Notes: a model not told the origin generated them from the letters alone. A stretch of 56,148 bases of DNA from Prorocentrum cordatum (GCA_963575745.1 CAUYUJ010000109.1:62001-118148), one strand, 5' to 3'; positions 1-11,756 are shown, counted from the first letter of the stretch. Made by a program: numbers and translations.

Positions 1-583
1 CCACGTCCCCCGGCAGCGGGTGGACGATGACCTGGGGCAGCGCCTGGAAGTGCGACTACAAGTGCCCCATCGAGAGGTTGGCCTGGGTCGGATGGGCCCC
101 CCCTAAACCCACCGTCGTGGGCGGTGCTCTGACGCTGCCGGGGTTTGCAATCCCAGAGGACTGCCTCCACGTGCCCACCAACTACCCGCCAGCCGACGAT
201 CCCGTGGACTTTATCCCCCCCGTTGGCACCCGGTTTAGCCCGGGTGAGAGTCGGCCCGCTCGCGCAGACAGCACCGATGCATGGCGATGGCAGACGCGGA
301 TTGCCGACGACGGCGACGCAGATACCGTAAGGGCGATGGCCACTTCGATTCATGACACTCTGCCCAGGCAGTCTTGGCCCAGTCCGGACAGCACTTTTCC
401 CCCCAGTAGTGGGCAGCCCCAACCACGCACCTGGTCAGTGAGGCTCGACCCTGGCAGCAGAATCGTGGTCGAGTCCCCCGCCCCCACGGCTGCGCACGAA
501 GTCCGACGGATCTTCGGACTCCCGAGCAGCCTCGGCCAGGCCCGCCTGCAGCCCACAGTCCGCTGGGGAACCTCTATGAGGCC

Positions 584-1486
584 GTGCCGCTTCCTTCGCG
601 TCGGCCCTGCGCCCTGCGAGACTGCGGCCTCGCGCTGAAGCGGATCGCCTGGATCGAGGGGCGGGCGCCCCTGGAAACCCCGTGCGACGGGAACCCCAGG
701 GCCAGGGACGACCTCGCGTGGAAAGGCAACGTGGCCCTCGGAGTACATATCACCAAGCTCAACCCCGACAGTGACTGCCGCGACCTCGATCGCTTCGACC
801 TGAGACGCAGCCCGTGGACGGGAGAAGGCAAAGAGCTCCTCATCCTCGAGTGGCCGACCAGGTACCGCATCAGCATGAAAGGAGAAGGAGGGTCGCAGGG
901 CGCCCAGAACCTCCTGGTCTCGGTGCAGGGCCCCACAGTCGACCAAGTCGCAGAGGTCACGATCAAGTGGCCACCTGCCCTGGGAGGCAACGTTCCGCAA
1001 CGAGAATGCGAGACCCTGAGGATCCCACTGGGCACCAGATATCCGTCCAACAGGTGCATTTTGTCTTACAACTATGGGAAGTACGGCCCGTTCCACGGAG
1101 ACACCTCAAGGGCCCCACCCCCGGACAGAGATGGCGAAGCCCATTGCAGGATTGACCGTGCCCCATCCGAGGTGCAATTCTGGAGGCAAGCCAGTGCCAT
1201 CAGCGACATCTACCACCTGAGCCAAAACCCCGAACAACTCTCCGGGATTCCGCGCAACAACATCGCCTTCCTGCTGGCCTTCCGCAACGCGTCCAAAGAC
1301 GACAAGGCCGCCGCCAACGACGTCACGAGGACAGGCAGAGTCGGCCATTACCTGAGGGCCAGAGCGTCTGCCGCGCTCGAAGCCCCCGTCCCTGACGCCG
1401 ACGTCCAGGCCGTGCGTGCGTCCGACAAGCCCTCTTTCCCTACTCCCCTCCCCTGGAGGTTACCCCCCTCGCCGACGATGAGGTGA
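584..1486 (+). pseudogene. Segment upstream of the helicase core, probably the same polypeptide before a frameshift
   Basis: 300 aa open frame with protein-like composition that overlaps the start of the helicase ORF in another frame. No diagnostic motif. Confidence 0.45.
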
Positions 1487-3300
1487 CCTCGGCCGTGGGC
1501 CATGTCTTCCAGGGGGCCCAATTGAGACCCTCGACAGACACCCTGGAATTAGGAGCAACCGGGCGCGGTCTCAACCCAGACGCCAGACGCGCCCTACTGG
1601 CCACCGTGGCTCACCACGTCACTGTCGTCCACGGCCCGCCTGGCACAGGCAAAACCAAGCTGTCCACGGCCACGCTGGACATCTGGGGGGGCGCCCTCAG
1701 AAGTGTCGCATTGGCAGCCGGACTGAACGCCGCTGCAGACCAACCAGGGCTCGCCATGGCGGCGGCATACCGTCTGAACCAACTGGACTCTCATACCTGC
1801 TTCCCTGACCGTTTCGTCCGGCTCGCCAGGAAAGAGAAGGTCGACGAAGAGCTGACTTGCTTCACCCCGGACGGACACTACCAGAGCGCCACAGGCCGCT
1901 TCCAGCTCCCAGAGGTTTCCGCGCAGGATTTCGTTCAATTCCGCACTGCCCTCATCAACAAGGCGAGAGTGATCGTCTCCACGCACGAAGCGGCTGAGGC
2001 ACTTGGTGGATGCCCCAACCAGCTCGCGCTCTTGGTCATCGACGAGGCGGGCCAGACCACTGAACTCCACTCCACCATGTCCCTGGTCAATCTGGTGCGC
2101 AGCGGTGGCCACCTGATGCGGGTGGGGGATCCCAAACAACTACCCCGCGCGGTCATATCCAAGCTAGCCGCCGACCTGGGCCTCTGCGTCAGCATCTTCG
2201 ACCGCCTACTGCACGCCCTAAGGGGACAGGACTCAGCTGTCATTCAGCTCACGGTGTGCTACAGAAAGCACCCGCAGATTCTAGCCTGGCCGAACTGGGC
2301 TTTCTACAACAACTGCATTACCAGCGGGCTTCTCGCACCCCTCTCAGGCCGTCCCCAGGTCGAAGGTCTTCCTTGGCGCGCCATCGGACCCTGGGACGGC
2401 GACCGGTTGAGCGAACTGGCCAGACTCACGAAGTCCGAAAAAGACGACCTCGAAACGACCCTCGCCCCGCTGCGTCCGACTTCCGCCGACCCGAGCGACA
2501 GGCACCGCTTCCTACTTGTCGACAATCCCTCCCTGGAAGTCACGTCCGGCATACACGCTGGCTACGCGAACCTCCCTGAGGCAGCCCTGGCAGTGGACGT
2601 AGTCCGTTCTCTCGTACCCGCCCTGGACAAAGGGATATCAGTGCACCTAGCCGTCGGGTACCACCTGCAGACAGCGATCCTGGAAGACGGGCGGCCTCAG
2701 GGCCCAAACAACATCACAGGCGTCATCCGACATTCCCGCGGTGGGAAAAGCAAGTGCAAGGGCAGTAAGCGCAAGGGAGGCGAAGGCAACATGATTGACC
2801 GCAGCCGCTCCCCAGCGCCGAGCGTTGGGTCGAGCGAGTTTGACGACCGGCCTGCGGACACCTTCGGATGGGAACGGGTCTTCGACCAACACGACTGTGA
2901 CCGGACCGGAATTAGTCGAAATTTCTTTGGGATTCTGCGCATCGCCCACCAGCACTTCAGAAAAGGCACCCCCAAGCTGGCTACGATCGGCTCAGGCCAG
3001 GGGGGCGAGGCCGACATAGTGATCTTCCTCACCGCCAGATCCAACGGGAGTCACGACTGGGGCTTCATCGATGACTCCAACAGAGTCAACGTTGCGATCA
3101 CCAGGGCCACCCGGTTCGCCGTAGTGATCGGGGACGGACGACTGTTCGCAAGCGCCACCTCGTCAAGACTTCGGGTGCTGTCGGAATGCGGGAGGCTCAC
3201 CAACCTCTGGGTCAGGTTCAAGAAGAAACGCGCCCCAGGCAACCGCCTCCTCCTGGAACCTGGGGCGACCTTCGACCCGACCCACCACCTCGCGACCTGA
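1483..3300 (+). CDS. UPF1/DNA2/NAM7-like superfamily 1B helicase (open segment of a disrupted gene)
   Basis: Motifs in order: Walker A HGPPGTGKT; LNAAAD (cf. SNxAVD); VIDEAGQ; VGDPKQLP; SIFDRL; LTVCYRKHPQILAWPNWAFY; NLPEA; GQGGEADIVI; RSN...GFIDDSNRVNVAITRA...VIGD. The ORF start is a GTG at a frameshift, so it is not the true start. Confidence 0.9.
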   Translation: MTSAVGHVFQGAQLRPSTDTLELGATGRGLNPDARRALLATVAHHVTVVHGPPGTGKTKLSTATLDIWGGALRSVALAAGLNAAADQPGLAMAAAYRLNQLDSHTCFPDRFVRLARKEKVDEELTCFTPDGHYQSATGRFQLPEVSAQDFVQFRTALINKARVIVSTHEAAEALGGCPNQLALLVIDEAGQTTELHSTMSLVNLVRSGGHLMRVGDPKQLPRAVISKLAADLGLCVSIFDRLLHALRGQDSAVIQLTVCYRKHPQILAWPNWAFYNNCITSGLLAPLSGRPQVEGLPWRAIGPWDGDRLSELARLTKSEKDDLETTLAPLRPTSADPSDRHRFLLVDNPSLEVTSGIHAGYANLPEAALAVDVVRSLVPALDKGISVHLAVGYHLQTAILEDGRPQGPNNITGVIRHSRGGKSKCKGSKRKGGEGNMIDRSRSPAPSVGSSEFDDRPADTFGWERVFDQHDCDRTGISRNFFGILRIAHQHFRKGTPKLATIGSGQGGEADIVIFLTARSNGSHDWGFIDDSNRVNVAITRATRFAVVIGDGRLFASATSSRLRVLSECGRLTNLWVRFKKKRAPGNRLLLEPGATFDPTHHLAT

Positions 3301-3478
3301 GTCATCACAACTGTCTCCTGGTCCAGCAACGCCGACGGGGACGACGCGACGAAGGATATGGACACAGCCATCAAGCGCGCCTGCGAGTCCCTGGCCAACA
3401 GCTTCGCGGACAGAGTCGAGGGCGCCGCTCGAGCCAGATCTCAACTGGGGAGCACTGGGGCGTTCCATCCTGGACGCC

Positions 3479-4129
3479 ATGAACAACCTCCTGGTCTCCG
3501 GACTCCGCCCCCGCGAGTTCTCCCTGGCGGACACCCCCAGGGGCCCAGGCAGACTCGACCGGAAAGCCTGGTCCCACCTCGGCTTCCTCTGCGACGCGGC
3601 CATCGGCCTGGACGCCAGCAACCTGGTCTACAACGTGTTCTGGGCCTGTCTGGTGTGGGTGTTGGGCTTGGGCACCCCCAGGGACGACAGCGCGCTCGCG
3701 ATTTCAACCGACTCCCTTCCACCGCGCCCGGCGTCGAAGGGGCGCGGCGCCCGCCCGCGGGCCGGGCGCCAGTGCACACTGGAAGGACTTCTCAGGCAAG
3801 TCCCCCAGACATGGAGCGCGTCCACCAGCAAGTGTTGTCGCCACAGGTCACGCCCCGGCATGAACACCCCGGCGCAATTCCTACCTGCCGGTCACAGAGA
3901 CCCCGAGCTGCGCGACTGGCTGAAGGACACTGACGACCGTCCCCTGGGCACCCGGAAGGCCCGCGCCCTACTGGTCATCATGATGCTCGTGATTAGAGAG
4001 CCCAGGACCTTTCTCTGGCCCTTCGCAAACGCTGAGGGCGCGGGAGACGTCATCGAGGCCGTGCTCGGCCTCTGTATACCTTGGCAAGACGCCCACCTTG
4101 AGTTCCGACAGAAGTTCGCAGCAACATAG
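3479..4129 (+). pseudogene. RNase III-like domain (degenerate)
   Basis: HLGFLCDAAIGLDASNLVY (3575-3631) resembles the RNase III signature RLEFLGDAVLxLxxSxxLY, and GDVIEAVLG (4043-4069) resembles DxxEAxxG. Motif-level match only. Confidence 0.5.
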
Positions 4130-7100
4130 AGTTTCAAGCTGGGCGAGATCACCGACCTACACAGGAGGATCGAGGACGCACTCTCACAAGTCTCCAAGCT
4201 GATGACGGACGCGCACGACCATGACGCAGCCAGACAGGCGGGGTGTCCCCAGACCTGGAAGCTCGAGATGGCCGACTTCAAGCTCAAGGCCCCGATGCCA
4301 GTCCTGGAGGCAATCGTTCCCCCCGCGAACCTCGCCCTTCTCGCAGACTACAAGTGCTCAGTCTGCGCCCTCCACGCGGCTCTGGCCGGAGCCGACTCGG
4401 GCCTGGGAGAAAATAGGGCTGGCGCTGCCCTGATTTACGTTGGGGGGGGGGCACAGCCCTCTCCAAAACCGACCTGTCGCCCCCCGCACCGCCCGCCCCC
4501 GCGCCAGGCGCGAAGCTAGTCCCACCTACCATCGCCGATGACAGGCTACAGTGCGACGAGAAAAACGCCTCCCTCACCTGCGACCGTTGCTAGACGTTCA
4601 AGCTGAAGCACGCCGACGGAGCCTGGGAGGACGACGCGGTCAGGGATCTCCTGGCTAGCAACAGGCCGCAGGCCTACCTGGACGGGAAGAACCTCCGGTG
4701 GTTATGCGAGACCTGCTGTGTTGCTCACCTCAACATCCAGTGCATCCCAAGCCCTGCGGGCGTGACCGTCGCAGCCAGAGTCTCCGACTACACAGCGTGG
4801 CGGAACGGACGTGACAAGGGCCCAGTCGCCCACGCCCTCCCGCCGCCCCCCTGCCCTGGGCCCCTGGGTTACTGGCGCGACCCCATCGCGGGAGAGTCCA
4901 GTCGTCTGAGCGACCTCCTCATGACCTCATCCGGACCTCACTCCCCGCGGCTCGCGAACGCCACGATCCCGGCCATGAGGATTTCGGACGGAAGGTTCGG
5001 CCCCTGCTGGTCTGGAAGGTGGACGCGCCAGCGCTCGGTTGTTTTTTCTGGATGGCTGAGGTCGAGGTCCCGGCCACGGGAAAACAGGCCTCCCCAGCTG
5101 GGGCCAGTGGCCCCTCTCGTGGGTCCAGCGCAAGTGGAATGCCACATGGTGTTGCCGGAGGTGCCTAGTGTACATCTGAAGCGTCGCTCCTGCAACCCTG
5201 GACCACATATGGATCGCGACTCCGGTGACGTCTTCCCGCGGTAGCCGACAGCCCGCCCGCGTCAGACAGCGCAGGCGGACACCAACGAAGTTACCCCTGA
5301 TCTGGCAGCCCTCCTCACACTGGCGTTCGCGGACGCGAACGCCTACGACCCCTATGCCCGCAGCATCCTCCCAGACGGCCCACAGTTGGGTGAGTGAAGG
5401 AGGAGTGGCAGTGGACCGCAGATCGTCCCGAACCAGCGCGCGGTCGCCGACATCCTGGCCCTCCTCCCAGACTTACGTTCTCCAGAGGTCCCCAAGTTAG
5501 GTTGCAGGAACGTTGCAGCTCTATGCCTCGAAGAGGGAAGCGAGCCCAAACATGGGCGGCGCAACAAGCAGGAAGAGGCCCACCACGCTCTGGTCGCCTA
5601 CCTACGGAACTACCACCCAACGCTGGGCGACAAGTGGAGGGACTTCGTCAAGGACTACGACGCCGACATTCCAGCCCCGAGCGACCTTGAGACTTCGTGG
5701 TCGGCTCGCCAGCTTGCCCCTTTCCTGCGTAAACTGTACGGCTCCGAGGTCCCTGACAGCGGACTTCCCGACGGCGCCACCTGGGAGGGCAAGAGGTGGG
5801 CGGCGGCCAGGGTGGTTGAGCACCCGATACGCAGCTCCAAGCACCAACGTGCTTGGACGACCCATCACCAGAGCGTAGCCTCCACCAGAGGGCCGAACCC
5901 CTTCCGCCATGACCTCACTGTCCTCGCCAGCTTCATCGCCAGCCTGGACTCCGGCACACTCGCAGCTACTTCCATCACCACCCTGGCGGAGCAGGACCCC
6001 TCGGCCCCATTCATTGGCGAAGCTAAAACGCCCCTCCTCTGGGGGAAACCACGATAGCCTGGCTACTGCCGAAGCCCGGCCGCGCAGCTGCATCGGCGTG
6101 CGACGCCCCCCCAGCTACCGGTGCCCCCACCTACAGCGCAGCCAGCAGTGGTGTCGGGCTGTCCGCGCCCCGGGCAGACCCCAGCCCCCTGGTGCCAGGC
6201 CCTGACGCGCCAGAGTCCTCTCCCCACGGAGAGGAAGCTTGCTCCCCGACGAGCCCAGCGCCCGCCGTCAAGGCGGACATCGACGGGATAGACTACGACG
6301 AGGACAGGGGCGACGCCGCCCCCCCGACTCCCACACCTCCCCCTGGCGGAACTGCAGACGACTCGGTTGGACCTGAGGGCTCCCCGCCCCCTCCATCGAC
6401 CGGGGCAGCAGACGAAGCAACCGGCGACAGCTTTCCCGACGACCCGCTGGGGGCGTTCGGATCAGACGCGCGACGCCTCAGCGAGGGTCCGCCCGAGCGA
6501 CGCCATCCGAGGGGTGACGTCAGCGCCAGCCCGCCGCCCAAGGTGATGCATGACCCTCCGCAGAGGCACGCCCCTCCTGCTTGCAAGCCGGAGAACAGCA
6601 GCTCACCAGCAGCAGCGTCAGACAGTCGCCCTCCCTCCCCCCCGTGGTGGCGCGATCGTCACTTCCAGCCAGGCAGCTCCAGTCAGCCCGCCCCTGGCCC
6701 TCAGCCCCAACCCCAGACAGCCAGCTCGAGACCGCCACTCGCCAACCCCCGCGAATGGGGCTCGAAGCAGGTCTTTGACGACCTTGTCGACCCCATCGGA
6801 GGGGGTCCCATGTGCAAGAAGCGGTTGGGCAATGTCGACCTCGACAAGATCGGGGAAACATCCGGAAACGAGATCCCCGCCTCTAGAAGACCTTGGGGGG
6901 AGTCTTCAGCAGCATCTGGCATGCCTGCACCCGCATGCACCCAGCAGGGGCCAACGGCCCGAAAGCGACCGCGCGCTGAACCCTGAAAGCACATGCCGTG
7001 CCTTCCTTGACGCCTGGAAGCGCCGCGGGTATGATGCTTGCGAGATGGGCCGCAAACTTGGGCTCCAGGTCAGATGGGATCGGGGGCGCGACAAGTGGTC

Positions 7101-7705
7101 AGGATACCAGGGCACCAGCGCCCCACGGTACAAGGGACCCGCTACAAGCTCCGGCCAACCCTGGGTCTGGGACTCCTGGTCCTGGTCGCAGGCCTGAGGC
7201 GGCGACGATTGGCAGGCCGCGGGCAAGCGTGGTGGTGACGACAGCAGTGACGCGGGAGGGGACAGGCGCTCCCGTGCGTGGCGATGACGCCCAATCCCCT
7301 GCACCCCGTCGGGTCCCGCCACGCCGCACCGTGACCGCGGGCGCTTTGCTGGCACTGTTTTGCCTCCGCCCACGACTGCCCACCGGCACCTGCCCCGACG
7401 CGCCTGGCCAGACGCCAACCTGGCGCCCCAGGTGGCAGCCGACCGCAGTTGTCCTCTCCAAGTGGCGCAGGTCTCTCAGGCCTGTCGGGCTCGCCGTGGT
7501 TGGGTCCTTGATTCTTCAGTTCGCACAGGGCCCGTTAGGCCACGAAGGAACGCGGTTCGGTATGATCACTCTTCTTACCTAAAACAGGGCCCGCTAGGCC
7601 AATGGTTTCGCAGTTTCGTTTCTAGACAGAATGCAGTGGCCGACTGCCACCCTTGGTTTGTGCCTCCGACATCACGAATGAACGGTGGCTTGGGGGGTAG
7701 CCTTC

Positions 7706-8145
7706 GACGGCGGCCCCCGCTTGTTCAACCTAGACGCGACTGCCACAGTACTCGGTGTGGCCGACGTTGGACTTGCAGGAAGTGCTCCCTCCCTGGTGCC
7801 ACTCCCTGCCCAGCCCTCGTTGCTCCCTGTCTTCGGGAACAAGGACAGCGGGCTGCTGACAATACTGGCTCGTGGATCACCGCCGGGGCCGTGGTCCACC
7901 TGTCCCCCGCGGCCTTCGGCCCTCTCCAAATCAACAGACGATGGCCCCCGTTTGCTTCACCCTAGACGCGACTGCTGCAGCACTTGCTGTGGCCGTCGCT
8001 GGTCTTGCAGGCAGTGCTCCTGTCCTGGTGCCACTCCCTGCCCAGCCCCCGCTGCTCCCCGCCCCTTGGGAACACGGGCAGTGGCCTGCTGACGCTATTG
8101 GCTCGTGGGCTACCGCTGGGGCCGTGATCCACCTGTCTCCCATCG
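7706..8145. repeat. Diverged tandem duplication, ~231 bp unit, 2 copies
   Basis: CCTAGACGCGACTGC...CCTGGTGCCACTCCCTGCCCAGCCC...GGCTCGTGG...GGGGCCGTG.TCCACCTGTC occurs in units starting ~7706 and ~7937. Confidence 0.85.
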
Positions 8146-8779
8146 GCCTCAGGCCTGCTGTAGTTGTTTTCACTTTTGGCGCGTCTTCCCCCGCGCCCGC
8201 GGGCGCCCCGCGCCGTGTCGGGGTGTCCCCCTCCCTGGCTGGGCTGGTGTCGTCCCCCACCACCCTGGTCTCACCACTTTCCGCCCGAGTCGCGGTTTCT
8301 CCATCCTTCGGTGGGTCCCATGGTCGTCTGTGGTTCAGCCTATATTGTCCGTCTTCCCGCCACGCCGCGGTTGCAACCCTGGTTTCTGTACCGGGTTCTC
8401 CCCGTGTTGTTGGTGCTCGCTGTCGCCACGCTCGGTGTGCTGACTACGGGCGCGTGTTCCGTCCGTTTTTAGGGCTTTTGGTGTGCGACTTTGCTGGCGC
8501 CACCCCATGTGCGCGTTCGTGGTGACCCGCGCCGTTTTGGCCGCGGGGCAGCCTGGCTGCACTCGTGTGTCCTGCTGCCGTTGGACTTTGCGGCTCCGGC
8601 TACCCTGGTACTTCGCAGCCTGCCAACGCTCACGCCCGCACCGGGCCCCAATTCGACTTCCGTTAGTCGGTTCACTTGGCTGCGGCCACCCTGGTACCTT
8701 CGCTGTAATCTGGGGGCTTGCGCCCTTGCATCTAATTGCTCGTCTTCTTTCCTGGTCGCCGGTGTCCCATCCTGCAGCT

Positions 8780-8994
8780 CCCGACGCGTTGCGTACGTGC
8801 ACCCTGGCAGTACTGGTATCCAGCTTCAGCCAGTCCCTTCACTCGTCGGTTCGCCGCCGAGGTGCTGCGTGAGGCTCCGCTCCGCCGCTTTAGGTGTGGC
8901 TGCGCCCCGTCGCTTTAGGTTAATTCGTCTCTGCGTGCCCCGCTTCTACTGGACCCGCCGCTGGCGCGCTCGCCTGCGACCGCTGACTAAAAAG
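8780..8994 (+). mobile_element. 3' end of a target-primed (non-LTR-type) retroelement, ending in a short A tract before TATCCCCACCAG
   Basis: CGCCGCTGGCGCGCTCGCCTGCGACCGCTGACTAAAAAG nearly matches 54520-54559 and is related to 54855-54890. The 5' boundary is undetermined. Confidence 0.6.
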
Positions 8995-9426
8995 TATCCC
9001 CACCAGCCCATCCAGAAACGACGCCCAGGCGAGTAGAGGGTCGTCCTGAGGGGCTTTACGGCGTATTGGGTGCCTCGGGGGGGCCTCCTGGGGGCCTCTT
9101 GGGGCCTCTTGGGGCCATCTTGGGGCCTCTTGGGGCCTCCTGGGCGCTTCTTGGGGCCATCTTGGAGGACATCGATCAAAGAAAAGGGGGAACTTGAATT
9201 GGGGTTGTCCCTTCAGGAGGCCAGCATGGGGCCCAAACCTCAAGAAAACCAATGATTTGGGCTTCCTTGCCGAGGCCGTTTTGGACGCCCTAACACCTGC
9301 CCGCCCCTCCCGTCCAGGTCCACGGGGAGGGGGTAGGGGGATGGGTAAACCCTCCCCGAAACGGCAGAGGGAGGGGTGGAAGAGGAAACGCCCTAAACAC
9401 CCGACGCCCAGAGGGCTGGTGGGATT
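8995..9426 (+). mobile_element. Dispersed non-autonomous repeat (Helentron/HINE-like), copy A
   Basis: 5' ATCCCCACCAGCCC and 3' GGGCTGGTGGGAT (9413-9425) are near-perfect inverted repeats; CCAGAAACGACGCCCAGGCGAG; internal GGGGCCTCTT-type repeats; GCCC-AGA-GGGC hairpin. Confidence 0.6.
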
Positions 9427-10088
9427 CCGTTCGGCGGCCCGACAAGTCGTGCGCCGCGGCGCCCCACGGCCAATGCCACCGCGCGCGGCAACGTCGGCCT
9501 CCACGGGCGCAGCGGGCAGGCGTGCCCCTGGTTCTCCAACGGGTGATCGGGTGCGACGCCTGCGATGGCGTGGCTCTCGGGTTGATAACGATCGAGGGTG
9601 CGCACGGCTGGACGGGCCGATCGCCCGGCACGCGCGAGCAGGAGGACGATCGGCGGCGCGAAGAGGAGCGAGGGCACCATGCCTCCGGGTTCCGTGCGGA
9701 CGCGAACCCGACCCCAGACTGGGGGTTCGACCGCGACGCCCCCTCCTTCGAGCCGCCGTCCAAGGAGCTGCCGAGCTGCATGGCTGGATGGGAAACGCGC
9801 CAGATCCCTGTCGGTGTAGCGGAGAGTCGGACCTTCCCGATGTCGAGATCGTGCGGACCGACTCCAGGTCCCGTCGCGGCTGCCAGAGGGGCGCTTTGTG
9901 GTCGGCGGGCGGTGGAATGGCGAGGGGAGCAGCCAGGTGTGGGTGTCTTGCTTGGACTTTGAGACCTTGCGGCCAGCGGCGGTGCTTCTGGACGGATAGC
10001 CCTGACCCGTGTTTTTCTTGCGAAGTCGTGCCCGTTCCCCGAACTCAGCCGCGCATTTGCACCAGCTCGTCGCTTCCGTCTCCCTCTA

Positions 10089-10090
<2 letters not shown>

Positions 10091-10145
<55 letters not shown>

Positions 10146-10178
10146 CTGATGATGATGACGATGATGATGATGACGATT

Positions 10179-10247
<69 letters not shown>

Positions 10248-10300
10248 GTGGTGGTGATGGTGATGGTGATGGTGATGATGATGGTGATGGTGATGATGAT

Positions 10301-10333
<33 letters not shown>

Positions 10334-10373
10334 GTGATGGTGATGGTGATGGTGATGGTGGTGATGATGATGG

Positions 10374-10466
<93 letters not shown>

Positions 10467-10523
10467 GGAGGAGGGGAGGAGGAGGAGGAGGAGGAGGAGG
10501 AGGAGGAGGATGAGGAGGAGGAG
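10091..10523 (+). repeat. (GAT)n/(GGT)n then (GGA)n microsatellite
   Basis: Directly visible. Confidence 0.97.
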
Positions 10524-11599
10524 GTTAAACCTTCTACAGGTTCGCGGATGGATGGCGGTACCTTTTGAAATGCGCACTCTCGCTTGGGACTTCCGCAATT
10601 CCTGTCTCAGCAGGAGAGGGTTTACAAAGGTTGCGCGAGTGCGGACTGTACTTCTTCGAGACACAATTTCCGCCAAGTGCCCTTTCGTAGTTTACATCCT
10701 TAGTGCCTCGAACTTTCGCTCTCTCGCCTGTGGCCTTTTTTCGCGACGTGTAATCCCAACATAATTTTGAGACTTGTCATGGAGGGAGGGCGGCTCGCCC
10801 TGAATAGTTGGCTGGTTATTGGCTGTAATAACTTCAGAGGGGCAGGTCTCAAACACAGTGTTTTGGTGCGTGATGTGGTAGAGTTTACACGTGGCGATCG
10901 ATTCGCATGGTAGCAGTTTAAATCCTCGCCAAGGCGAAATTTTCTGCGCCCTACCGCTGCGCAGCGGGACTGGTCAGTCCGCCTTTCCCTTCTCCCGAAC
11001 TCGAGCCCTACTGGGTCCCGAACTCTGCGCCTGCCCAAAAGGGCCTCACCATTCCAGCTGGCGTTCTTCGTGGTGAGCAAGACATGCTTGCGCGGAAGGG
11101 TGCACTGCGATGTCACTGATATGTGCTGGGTCTGCTCTTGTACTTCTCTCCCCCTCATCGTCCCCCATCCATCCTCCTTCCTTCCTCCGTCCCTCCTCTC
11201 CCTTCCTTCCTCCCTCACTCCCTTTCACTCCCCTCCCCAGTCACCGAAAATCTCCAGTGATGCCCCGAGGACCCCTGGGGGTTCCCAGAGGCCTCTGAAG
11301 GACTCTTGAGGCTTCGGAGGCCCGGAACGGGCCAGAATCGTAAGAAAGTCTCGCTCCTTGGCCCTCCCCCCTCGATCCTCGCCCCTCCATCCCCCCAGTC
11401 GTCGTGGCAGCCGCCGCGGCCGCCCCCGCCCGCCGCCGCCGGCCGCCACCGCAGCGGCGGGCCTTGGCCGCGGGCCTCGGCCGCCAGCCGACGCCAGCGG
11501 CTGTGTTGCGCGCACTGGGCGGCGACGGCGACGGCGGGCGCCCGCGCGCTCGCGCGCGCGTCTCAGGCACCCGCTCCTGGGCGCGGCGGGTCCTTTTCT

Positions 11600-11756
11600 T
11601 CGAGTAGGGGATCGACTACAGAGTTGCTGTACCCCCAGAATTGATTTGCTCGTCGAGTCGACGAAAGACAGGGCGAGGATTCGGTGCATGTCTCGTCGAT
11701 TCAACGTGCGAATGAATTCTAGGGTAAATCAATTCTGTAGTCGATCCCCTACTCGA
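11600..11756. mobile_element. MITE, 157 bp, 27 bp TIR, candidate 5 bp TSD TTTCT
   Basis: TCGAGTAGGGGATCGACTACAGAGTTG (11600-11626) versus CAATTCTGTAGTCGATCCCCTACTCGA (11730-11756), one mismatch; TTTCT at 11595-11599 and 11757-11761. Confidence 0.8.

Larger units (their letters stand above)
27..7197 (+). pseudogene. Large intronless disrupted gene: N-terminal region, SF1B helicase, RNase III-like region, CxxC/CxxC pair, Pro-rich C-terminus
   Basis: Successive + strand ORFs (584-1486, 1483-3300, 3358-, 3479-4129, 4202-, 4762-5244, 5812-6057, 6192-6986) join through isolated in-frame stops (3298 TGA, 4127 TAG, 5242 TAG) and frameshifts, with no repeat-filled introns. Outer boundaries are approximate. 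Confidence 0.6.

Noticed and set aside
1483..3300. Naming the helicase UPF1 or SETX
   Set aside because: Family motifs are clear but no orthologue-specific domain (such as the UPF1 CH domain) is visible.
5550..5610. dsRBD-like GRRNKQEEAHHAL downstream of the RNase III-like region
   Set aside because: Spacing does not fit the dsRBD consensus; too weak to call by eye.
1483..8994. Helicase gene being part of the site-specific retroelement that ends at 8994
   Set aside because: No RT or endonuclease motif lies between them and a possible separate boundary occurs at ~7525-7601; the link cannot be shown from this window.
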